Of a DNA stretch of 32,000 nt, positions 24,739 to 32,000 are shown one piece after another. Within the stretch, counting starts at the first letter, position 1. Every line of letters starts with the position of its first letter. The stretch comes from an uncultured archaeon (GTDB lineage: Archaea > Iainarchaeota > Iainarchaeia > Iainarchaeales > CSSED10-239), in contig CAZQEL010000002.1 in NCBI GenBank assembly GCA_964591795.1, positions 6,312 through 38,311 on the forward strand. Reading direction: 5' to 3'. The notes beneath the pieces are model-generated. The model made no database searches. It had not been told where the DNA came from and worked only from the letters and a program-made list of their open reading frames with translations. The translations under genes were made by a program, and so were the position numbers.

Positions 24739-25514
24739 TTTTTAGTAAACCAGAAAAGGCCTGTTCCATAATTCCTATTTTTGGTTCTATATTTATCCTG
24801 GAGTTTTCCATTATAAATATATTTTTCTTCTACTAATTTGCAATTATGAAATTTTGTTAATATATATTCTTTTGTAAATGCTCTGTGTGCATTAAAATAA
24901 ATAGTGTTTTCATTATGCACAGGGACACTTATAAATATATTTCCTTTTTTTGATGTTACTCTTATAATTTCTTTAATTGCTTTTTCACTCCCTAATTCAT
25001 CTAATTTATCTCCATATCTTCCTAATCCAATATGTTCTATGACACAAAGACTAGAAATTGATTTTATGGAATTATTTTTAAATGGAAGAGTTGTAATATC
25101 TCCTTTTATGAAATTTAAATTTTTTAATTTTATTGGTAATGGTCTTATATCAACCATATATGTTTTTGTGAATTGAGATATTATGCCAATTGTTTTTGCA
25201 TTACTACCGACATCGTAATGTTCTTTTGGATTAAGTTCAAATATTTTTTTTGCAGCCCATGTATCTTGATAAAAATAGTCTATGGCCAAAGGAGTTTCTT
25301 TAGTATTATCATTTATACAAGGAAAAAGGTATTTTATTTTAAACTCTTTATTTTTTTTAGTTAATATTAAATCTTTTAAATATTTACTATTTTTTTTTAA
25401 ATAAGTAATTATTTTAAATTTAAAATTTTCTTTTATTGACAGATATATAAAATATGTGGATAATAATATTTTTGAGTTTTCAATTTTTGATTTAATTTTA
25501 TATTTTATTTTCAT
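24735..25514 (-). CDS. SAM-dependent methyltransferase (DUF268/Methyltransf_11-like)
   Basis: It carries YDVGSN...MVDIRP, GDITTLPF, SLCVIEHIGLGRYGD and KKGNIFISVP. Its 3' end overlaps the GT11 gene end by 4 nt (convergent). Confidence 0.65.
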   Translation of the reverse strand: MKIKYKIKSKIENSKILLSTYFIYLSIKENFKFKIITYLKKNSKYLKDLILTKKNKEFKIKYLFPCINDNTKETPLAIDYFYQDTWAAKKIFELNPKEHYDVGSNAKTIGIISQFTKTYMVDIRPLPIKLKNLNFIKGDITTLPFKNNSIKSISSLCVIEHIGLGRYGDKLDELGSEKAIKEIIRVTSKKGNIFISVPVHNENTIYFNAHRAFTKEYILTKFHNCKLVEEKYIYNGKLQDKYRTKNRNYGTGLFWFTKN

Positions 25515-25532
25515 TTCGTATCTTTCCTATAA

Positions 25533-25960
25533 TTATTTAAATATATTTTCTGGGTTAAATTTTTGATATGAATCTTTGCCACAAGTTATTTTTTCGTTAT
25601 AAAAATCAACCGATTCTTTAGCAAATAATAGTTGTTTATTTTTTTCCCCATTGATGTTTGAGTATTGTGCACTCTATAATGAAATAAAATATATTTTATG
25701 TTAAATAATTTTTTCCCATCTGCTAATAATTGTAAAAAAAATCATAATCTTGCGCGTAAAAAATTTCCTATCTATACCTAATTTTTGTATTGCTTCTAAA
25801 CATTATACTAGGGTGGTAAATTCTATTTTGTCCATTTGCTATGTCTTTTTGTATTTTTTGGAATTAATTTATATAAATAAGGGTTATTTACTTTTGAATA
25901 TACTTTATATTGTTCTTCTTTATTCATATGTGTTTCAAACCCTAAATAATTAGTTATTTC
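25533..25960 (-). pseudogene. decayed GT2-family glycosyltransferase remnant (C-terminal half only, stop codons and frameshifts)
   Basis: Minus-strand hand translation gives IANGQNRIYHPSIMFRSNTKIRYR*EIFYAQDYDFF. After a 1-nt slip in the A7 run at 25734-25740 it continues (L)QLLADGKKLFNIKYILFHYRVHNTQTS. This matches the GT2 blocks HPS-x-MFR and [ED]DYDLWLRL...YRVH. No N-terminal DxD half was found. It ends 18 nt upstream of the 25514 start. Confidence 0.55.
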
Positions 25961-26120
25961 TTAATATTTTTGAATAAAACCATTTATATGCTTTTCTAAT
26001 AGTAAATATATCGTAATCAGGTAATATTAATTACAAATAAAATTGTTTAATAAATTTTAAAAAAATATTTTTAACGAACAACACAGAATCATAATGCTAT
26101 TTATTTAGTGTTTTAAATTG

Positions 26121-26196
26121 TCCTCACAAAAAAACTATTTTTTAATTTTTATAAGTTTTATTTTTTAAAGATTGAAAGTCTTTGTAGTTTTTATTA
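26121..26196 (+). promoter_or_regulatory. conserved upstream boxes A and B of csp copy 1
   Basis: Box A, TCCTCACAAAAAAACTATTTTTTAAT (26121-26146), matches 24 of 26 with 26702-26727. Box B, TCTTTGTAGTTTTTATTA (26179-26196), is identical to 26755-26772. Box B contains a TATA-like TTTTTATTA 36 nt upstream of the ATG. Confidence 0.5.
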
Positions 26197-26232
26197 CACT
26201 AAATAAAAAATATATAAAAGAGTGAAAAAAAT

Positions 26233-26424
26233 ATGAATGGTACTGTTAAATTTTACAACATCAACAAAAACTTTGGTTTCATAACTGGAGAAGACGGAAA
26301 GGACTACTTTGTTCACGGTTCAGGAATTGCTGACAATGAAACACTTAGAGATGCTATGCCAGTTTCTTTTGATGTAACTGAAGATGAAAAAGGTCAAAAA
26401 GCAATTAACGTAAGAAAAGCTTAA
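26233..26424 (+). CDS. csp: cold-shock domain protein (CspA family), copy 1
   Basis: The 63-aa protein MNGTVKFYNINKNFGFITGEDGKDYFVHGSGI carries an RNP1-like motif (K-N-F-G-F-I) and an RNP2-like motif (Y-F-V-H). Confidence 0.9.
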   Translation: MNGTVKFYNINKNFGFITGEDGKDYFVHGSGIADNETLRDAMPVSFDVTEDEKGQKAINVRKA

Positions 26425-26456
26425 TTGTTATAATTGATTAATTTGCGTTTATACTG

Positions 26457-26483
26457 AATAATAAAAATTTAATTTTTATTATT
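26457..26483 (+). terminator. 13-bp perfect A/T hairpin (AATAATAAAAATT t AATTTTTATTATT) followed by TTTT
   Basis: It lies 33 nt downstream of the csp1 stop. The arms are 26457-26469 and 26471-26483. The all-A/T composition lowers its significance. Confidence 0.35.
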
Positions 26484-26701
26484 TTTTATCTTATTTTTTA
26501 ATATTTATGCTTAGTTTTTAAGTTCTAATTTTACTACTTTTTTTAGCAAAAGATTATATTTATATACTTTTCTAATCTATAATTACATTATATATATATG
26601 GTAATAACTATAAAATTAAAGATAAAAAAAACAAAAAGTAATTGAAAATATTTTTAAAAAATAAATTCAGTTAATGCCTAATTTAATGACATTGAACACA
26701 T

Positions 26702-26772
26702 TCCTTACAGAAAAACTATTTTTTAATATATTTATTTATTTCGCGAATTAACTATCTTTGTAGTTTTTATTA
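26702..26772 (+). promoter_or_regulatory. conserved upstream boxes A and B of csp copy 2
   Basis: See 26121-26196. Box A is 26702-26727 and box B is 26755-26772, 46 nt upstream of the ATG. Confidence 0.5.
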
Positions 26773-26818
26773 TATTATATAAAAAAACAAAAAAAATATA
26801 AAAAAGAGAGAAAAATAT

Positions 26819-27010
26819 ATGAATGGTACTGTGAAGTTTTATAACTTTAAAAAAAATTTTGGTTTTATAACTGGAGAAGATGATAAGGATTATTTTGTAC
26901 ATAGTTCAGGTATCGCAGATGATCAAATGATTAAAGATGGTATGCCAGTTTCTTTTGATGTAACAGAAGATGATAAAGGCCAAAAAGCAATTAATGTTAC
27001 AAAAATATAA
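26819..27010 (+). CDS. csp: cold-shock domain protein (CspA family), copy 2
   Basis: MNGTVKFYNFKKNFGFITGEDDKDYFVHSSGI is a 63-aa paralog of 26233-26424. Confidence 0.9.
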   Translation: MNGTVKFYNFKKNFGFITGEDDKDYFVHSSGIADDQMIKDGMPVSFDVTEDDKGQKAINVTKI

Positions 27011-27496
27011 ATTTTTAATTAACATTTAAAAAAAATTATTTGTTTTTTGCAAAAAAACACCTTATACCCAAATTAGTCTTTTTTTAATTAAAAGGGCTAA
27101 TTTCTTTCTATTTTTATAATTTTATAGTTATTTATTGCTTTTTAAAATCAAGTTTATGTACTAAATACTAGTTAACTTAACTAGATTAACCATTAATTGT
27201 TAGTTTTGTGTTTCTTTTTTCAAAATATCTTTGTTTTCTAAACTAAATCTAATTATAATCATTTTTCTTTATAATTACTTTATATTCTGCTTTTTTAAAT
27301 AGTTATCTAACATCAATAAAGAGGTTTAAAACGTGATAAGTTAAAAAAACAACAAAACACTGCCCTTTAAAAAAAATAAAGAGTAAATTTTGTGAATTTT
27401 TTTTACGGCCACGACCTCTCCCTTCCAATTAATTAATAACCACTTTAAACTTAAGATTATTTTAATTAAATAAACAATTAAAAAAGTGAATAATAA

Positions 27497-29635
27497 ATGG
27501 TAGATATAGACCTTGAAAGTGAACTTGAAAATTTTGATATTAAAGAATCAAAAAGTATATTGGTTGACGAATATATTGATATTTTAGTTGATTTCTTTGA
27601 TGAGGTTTATAAAAAAGAAATAGAAAGGCTAGCATCTAATTACCCAACTGAAAAAAGCCTAGATATTGATTATAAAAAATTAGAAGATTTTGATTTAAAT
27701 CTAGCAGAACGACTTATAGCGTCTCCAAATATTATTTTTGAATCAGCTAACGCTGCTATCAAAAAAATAGATTTAGGAACACTTGATAGTGAAATTGAAG
27801 AAAAATTTGCACCTATTGTAAGATTTTTTAACCTACCTGAAGAATATAGAGTAGCCATAAGAGAAGTTGGTTCTGATCATTTAGCTGATTTAATATCAGT
27901 TGAAGGAACAATAAGAGTTATTACTGAAAAATTAGAAAAATTAACCGTAGCCTATTATGTTTGTAGAAAATGTTCTTCTCCCATAATATTAATGCAAAAA
28001 TCACAAACTTTAGCAAAACCAATTATGTGTGGTGAATGTAAATCAAGAGATTTTGATCTTGATTTAGATCAATCTAAATTTATTGATTATCAAAAAATAC
28101 AAATTCAAGAACCTCTTGAAAGTTTAAAAGGTTCAGAACAAGCAAGTAACATTGATGTTTATTTATCTGATGATTTAGTTAATAAATGTTCAGCTGGTGA
28201 CAAAATAATAGTTACTGGTATTTTAAAATTAAGACCTCCTAAGGGAGACACTAATATTTATTCAAGATATTTAGTAGCAAACCATGTTGAAAGAATAGAT
28301 CTAGAATATGAAGAGTTAAAAATATCTGTTGAAGAAGAACTTGAAATAAAAGCTCTTTCAAAAAAAGAAGATATATATGATCTTTTATCAAAATCTGTTG
28401 CTCCAAATATTTTTGGACACGAAGTTGTAAAAGAAGCAGTTACTTTACAAATGTTTGGTGGTGTTAAAAAGGAAATTGCAAGACAAAAGTTTAGAGGAAA
28501 TATTCATGTTCTTTTAGTTGGTGATCCTTCTACTGGTAAATCTAAAATTTTAGAATATGCTAATCTTTTAGCTCCAAAAAGTATTTATGTTGCTGGAAAA
28601 ACAGTTTCTGGTGCTGGTCTTACAGTTTCTGCTGTTAAGGATGAATATGGTGAAGGTGGTTGGACATTAAAAGCAGGTGCTATCATTTTAGCAAGTGGTG
28701 GTATAGCAATGATTGATGAGTTTGATAAAATTGGTGCAGATGATAGGTCTTCTCTTCACGAAGCAATGGCACAGTCAACTGTGTCTGTTTCAAAGGCTGG
28801 TCTTTATAGTAAATTTAGAGCTGATACTTCTGTTCTTGCTGCAGCTAACCCAAAATACAATAGATTCGATCCTTATAAAAATCCACTTGAACAAATAGAT
28901 CTTCCTTTTTCTTTATTATCAAGATTTGATCTTTATTTTGTAATTCCTGATATTTTAGATAAAAAACTTGACACAGATATTGCAAAACACGTTTTAAGAA
29001 CACAAGCTCTTGCTGAAAAACTTTCTGGTAGAGATAAAACAATATCTAAAGAAGAGCTTAGTAGTATTGAAAAAGAAATATTTCCTGCAATTGATCCTAA
29101 TATTTTTAAAAAGTTTGTAGCTTTTGCAAGACAGAATATAAGACCTGTGTTATCTCAAGAAGCATCTGATATTATTTTAAAATTTTATGTTGATCTTAGA
29201 GATATGGGTCGTAAATCTAAAAGTTTTACTGCAACACCAAGACAGCTTGAAGGTTTAATAAGATTATCTGAAGCAAGTGCAAAAATAAAACTTAAAACAA
29301 AAATTGATTCAAGCGATGCTGAAAGAGCAATTAGAATTTTTAAAACTTCTCTTGAGCAAGTTGCAATGGATAAAGAAACTGGTAAAATTGACATTGATAT
29401 TTTACAGACAGGTCAATCTCAAAGTGAGAGAAACTTTATTAAAATAGTTTTAAAATATTTAAAAGATTTATCTTTAAAAGATTCAATTTCAACAAAAGAT
29501 TTTATTGAGTTTACAACAAAAGAAGGTCATGATAAAGATAAAGTTTTAGAAGCAATTTCAAAACTTAAAAAGATTGGTGATATTTACGAACCTAGAACTG
29601 GTCTTTTAAAAGCAACTGAGCCTGATGCCTTTTAG
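27497..29635 (+). CDS. mcm: MCM replicative helicase
   Basis: The zinc motif is CRKCSS...CGECKS. Walker A is LLVGDPSTGKSK, Walker B is AMIDEFDK, and the arginine finger is SRFDL. A C-terminal winged-helix-like tail is present. At 712 aa there is no sign of an intein. Confidence 0.95.
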   Translation: MVDIDLESELENFDIKESKSILVDEYIDILVDFFDEVYKKEIERLASNYPTEKSLDIDYKKLEDFDLNLAERLIASPNIIFESANAAIKKIDLGTLDSEIEEKFAPIVRFFNLPEEYRVAIREVGSDHLADLISVEGTIRVITEKLEKLTVAYYVCRKCSSPIILMQKSQTLAKPIMCGECKSRDFDLDLDQSKFIDYQKIQIQEPLESLKGSEQASNIDVYLSDDLVNKCSAGDKIIVTGILKLRPPKGDTNIYSRYLVANHVERIDLEYEELKISVEEELEIKALSKKEDIYDLLSKSVAPNIFGHEVVKEAVTLQMFGGVKKEIARQKFRGNIHVLLVGDPSTGKSKILEYANLLAPKSIYVAGKTVSGAGLTVSAVKDEYGEGGWTLKAGAIILASGGIAMIDEFDKIGADDRSSLHEAMAQSTVSVSKAGLYSKFRADTSVLAAANPKYNRFDPYKNPLEQIDLPFSLLSRFDLYFVIPDILDKKLDTDIAKHVLRTQALAEKLSGRDKTISKEELSSIEKEIFPAIDPNIFKKFVAFARQNIRPVLSQEASDIILKFYVDLRDMGRKSKSFTATPRQLEGLIRLSEASAKIKLKTKIDSSDAERAIRIFKTSLEQVAMDKETGKIDIDILQTGQSQSERNFIKIVLKYLKDLSLKDSISTKDFIEFTTKEGHDKDKVLEAISKLKKIGDIYEPRTGLLKATEPDAF

Positions 29636-29666
29636 TTTTTATTCTTTTTCTTTTTTCTTTTTCTTT
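29636..29666 (+). terminator. T-rich tract after mcm
   Basis: The sequence tttttattctttttcttttttctttttcttt lies directly after the TAG. Confidence 0.35.
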
Positions 29667-29757
29667 AAAATAAATTATTTATTTCTTGGATAATTACCCT
29701 TCCTAAAGTGATATATAAGTTATAAATATATTATATATACTTTAAAGGTGTTTTTTT

Positions 29758-30590
29758 ATGAATCAAAATAAAAGTATGTCTGTATTTGGAAATAAAAATA
29801 TTAGAAAAATTTGGTATAATGATGAATAGTGGTTTTCAGTAGTTGATGTAATTTATGCATTAACCGATTCTTTAACACCAAGACGATATTGGTCTGATTT
29901 AAAAATAAAAATTAAAAATGAGTCTGAACTTGAGTTGTACGATAATATCGTACAACTTAAATTAAAATCATCTGATGGAAAATTATATGCAACTGATTGT
30001 TCTAATACAGAGGGGTTATTTAGAATTATCCAATCAATTCCATCTAAAAAAGCAGAATCTTTTAAATTATGGTTAGCAAAAGTTGGTTATGAAAGAGTAC
30101 AAGAAATTGAAGATCCTGAATTAGCTCAAAAGAGAATGAAAGAAACATATAGAGCAAAAGGATATTCTAATAATTGGATTGAAAAAAGAGTTAGAGGAAT
30201 TGCAATTAGAGATGAACTTACTGATGAATGGAAAAATAGATCTATATCTAAATCAAAAGATTTTTCAATTCTTACAGCCCAAATATCAAAAGCAACTTTT
30301 AATATGACTCCAATTGAATATAAAAAATTTAAAGGTTTAAAAAAAGAAAATTTAAGAGATCATATGACTGATTTGGAATTAATATTTTCTATGCTTGGAG
30401 AAAGAGTTACAACTGAAATAACTAGAAACGAAAATAAGCAAGAATTTGATGAATGTAGTGACGCAGAAAAAAGAGGTGTAAAGTTGCTGGTAATGCAAGA
30501 AAAGAAACTGAAAATGAAATTGGTTCATCAGTAACCACTAAAGATAATTATTTAGTTAAACCTAAAAAAAATAAAAAATTTAAATCTTAA
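29758..30590 (+). pseudogene. dinD: Bro-N / DNA-damage-inducible protein D (DinD)-like gene with an in-frame TAG and a C-terminal frameshift
   Basis: From ATG 29758 it reads MNQNKSMSVFGNKNIRKIWYNDE*WFSVVDVIYALTDSLTPRRYWSDLKIKIKNESE..., with the TAG at 29827-29829. Near 30479-30483 the frame must shift by 1 nt to continue as VAGNARKETENEIGSSVTTKDNYLVKPKKNKKFKS*, ending at 30590. This is the canonical DinD tail. Confidence 0.75.
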
Positions 30591-30755
30591 ATTTAATTAA
30601 TAAAATTATTCTTATTGTTTAATTTATGTTTTTTAATATGTCTAATATATCTTTATTTTTCAGGTTATTTTTATAATTTTAATTTTTACTCTTAATTTAT
30701 AAATGTTTTGTTGTTATATATAAATATAATTTATTATTTTAGATGAGGAATTAAT

Positions 30756-31922
30756 TTGGAAAAAAGATATAAAGCTCAAGTTTCTGTAGAAATGTTAGTA
30801 ATGGTTGGAATTGTTGTTTTAGGCGGTATTCTGTTTGCAACTTTTTATTTATCTTCTGTTAATAAAAATATAGATAAAACAACTAACCTTGATGTGGATT
30901 TCACTAATTTAATTGGTGATGAAAACATGGGATCATTTCCAAGTTTAGATTCAAATAATGGTAACACACCTGGTGATGGTTTTTGTGGTGATGGTATTGT
31001 TGATTCTTTTTTATTAGAACAATGTGAACTACCTGGTTCAACTGCTTTTTGTAATAGTTTATCTCCATCTTTTACTGGTGGAAATGCTACATGTACTGGA
31101 TCATGTATTTGGGATTTATCTTCTTGTATTGGTTCTTCAACTTGTGGTGATGGTATTTTTAATGCTTTCACAGAAGTTTGTGATTATGATAATTCTGCTG
31201 GTAGTTATCTTTATAATTCAAGTTATGATTGTTCAACAAATCCTGATTATCTTTCAGGTGTTGTAGGTCCTTATATTAATGGTGGAGCAATAACTTGTAG
31301 TTCTTGTAATGTTGATTACACTGGTTGTGATTATAATCCTGGTAATTTACAAGATTATATTTTAATGTTAGAACCAACAATTGCATCTGCAAATATTGAT
31401 ATATCTCGTTCTACAAATTTAAGTATTGATTTTAATGGATCTACTTGGGTTGATGTAAATGTTTCTGTATTAGTAGATGGTCCTATGGGTCCAGTTAATT
31501 CAGATAAATGTGAATATGATAATGTTATAATTCCTGCAAATCCACAAGGTAGTTTTGTACATAGATTTTTAAGTACAACCTCAACTGAAGAATTTATTAA
31601 AGATGTAAGTTGTTCTGAAAATGGAGTTTATACTTTTAGTTTTAAAGGAATTGATAATAATGGTAATACTGATCAAAAAGACTTAATTTTTACTGTTCCT
31701 CAAGAAGCACCTCCTTTATTTGCATTATGTAAGAATCAAACAAACACAGAAGGAACTATTAGTAATTGGTGTATTAATTATTTATCTGATACACAAACAA
31801 ATGCAGAAGGAACAGTTACTTTCTTTATTAATCAACCTGATAATTTAGAATATAGTAGTTTAGATCCTATTTGTCAAATTACTAATGATGGAAGTATTTG
31901 TTTTTCATTAGGTTTTACATAA
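30756..31922 (+). CDS. large type IV pilin-like adhesin (class III signal peptide, Cys-rich CGDG repeats and a C-terminal beta-rich domain)
   Basis: MEKRYKA|QVSVEMLVMVGIVVLGGILFATFYLSSVNKNIDKTTN is paralogous to the 4516 pilin N-terminus. It is followed by CGDGIVDSFLLEQCELPG and CGDGIFNAFTEVCDYDN units and many Cys. It has a TTG start with GAGG 8 nt upstream. An internal duplicate QTNTEGTIS / QTNAEGTVT is present. Confidence 0.75.
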   Translation: MEKRYKAQVSVEMLVMVGIVVLGGILFATFYLSSVNKNIDKTTNLDVDFTNLIGDENMGSFPSLDSNNGNTPGDGFCGDGIVDSFLLEQCELPGSTAFCNSLSPSFTGGNATCTGSCIWDLSSCIGSSTCGDGIFNAFTEVCDYDNSAGSYLYNSSYDCSTNPDYLSGVVGPYINGGAITCSSCNVDYTGCDYNPGNLQDYILMLEPTIASANIDISRSTNLSIDFNGSTWVDVNVSVLVDGPMGPVNSDKCEYDNVIIPANPQGSFVHRFLSTTSTEEFIKDVSCSENGVYTFSFKGIDNNGNTDQKDLIFTVPQEAPPLFALCKNQTNTEGTISNWCINYLSDTQTNAEGTVTFFINQPDNLEYSSLDPICQITNDGSICFSLGFT

Positions 31923-32000
31923 AAGCTGTTTTTTTAGCTTTTATCTCTATTTATTTTAATTAGTTAAGTAGTTAACTTTTTAAATGTTAAAGTATAATAA

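Noticed and set aside
25750-25953. The 67-aa plus-strand ORF in the gap before csp1
   Set aside because: Its translation is low-complexity and hydrophobic. It lies antisense to recognisable GT2 remnants, so the pseudogene interpretation explains the region better.
27011-27496. Replication origin upstream of mcm, suggested by a 486-bp non-coding stretch, a 17-bp palindrome CTAGTTAACTTAACTAG at 27168-27184 and an isolated GC-rich 22-mer ACGGCCACGACCTCTCCCTTCC at 27405-27426
   Set aside because: I could not find repeated ORB or mini-ORB-like boxes, and no orc1/cdc6 gene is adjacent. Each element occurs only once. The GC-rich island remains unexplained and could be checked by a genome-wide motif search, but an origin call is unsupported.
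28713-31266. Embedded ORFs within mcm (28713-28898, 28845-29042, 29185-29394) and within the pilin-adhesin gene (30845-31171, 31024-31266)
   Set aside because: They are shadow ORFs inside well-supported genes, with no independent signals.
1-32000. CRISPR arrays, tRNA or rRNA genes, and IS elements
   Set aside because: No regularly spaced direct repeats, no GC-rich cloverleaf-sized islands and no transposase-like ORFs were seen on either strand. The only sizeable repeat is the ~550-bp duplication.

Overview
This is a very AT-rich, gene-dense chromosomal window that reads as a small-genome, DPANN-like archaeon. All calls come from reading motifs by eye, with no searches run. Archaeal markers are an MCM helicase, a zinc-finger RPA, a Methanococcales-type S-layer protein, Epd/EppA-type type IV pilins (class III signal peptide, K-[GA]|Q-V-S-V-E-M-L) and a FlaI/VirB11-superfamily ATPase.

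Layout:
1. 0-9.7 kb is a cell-surface block: a G-F repeat protein, S-layer, pilin and secretion ATPase. It has been rearranged. A ~550-bp direct repeat (pilin tail, spacer and ATPase tail) brackets an inserted AAA_14/DUF4143 ATPase-nuclease gene. This leaves a promoter-less variant pilin 3' cassette and an orphan ATPase tail.
2. 9.7-12.9 kb is an accessory islet. It holds a class II Fic gene flanked by two copies of a GC-rich hairpin, an RHH/RelE pair with 11-bp-phased operator repeats, and an NTase-Nudix fusion.
3. 13.3-16.6 kb holds RPA, a hypothetical protein and CorA.
4. 16.6-26 kb is a GDP-fucose glycan cluster: gmd, fcl, GT26, GT4, a GNT-I-like gene, GT25, a GT11 fucosyltransferase and three SAM methyltransferases. 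Two of its genes are decayed.
5. 26-32 kb holds two tandem cold-shock genes with conserved upstream boxes, MCM, a decayed Bro-N/DinD gene and a 388-aa pilin-adhesin with CGDG-type Cys-rich repeats.

No rRNA, tRNA, CRISPR array, transposase or integrase was recognised. The best candidates for something new are the rearranged pilin locus with its silent variant cassette, the pilins fused to Cys-rich repeats, and the hairpin-bounded Fic cassette next to the NTase-Nudix fusion.
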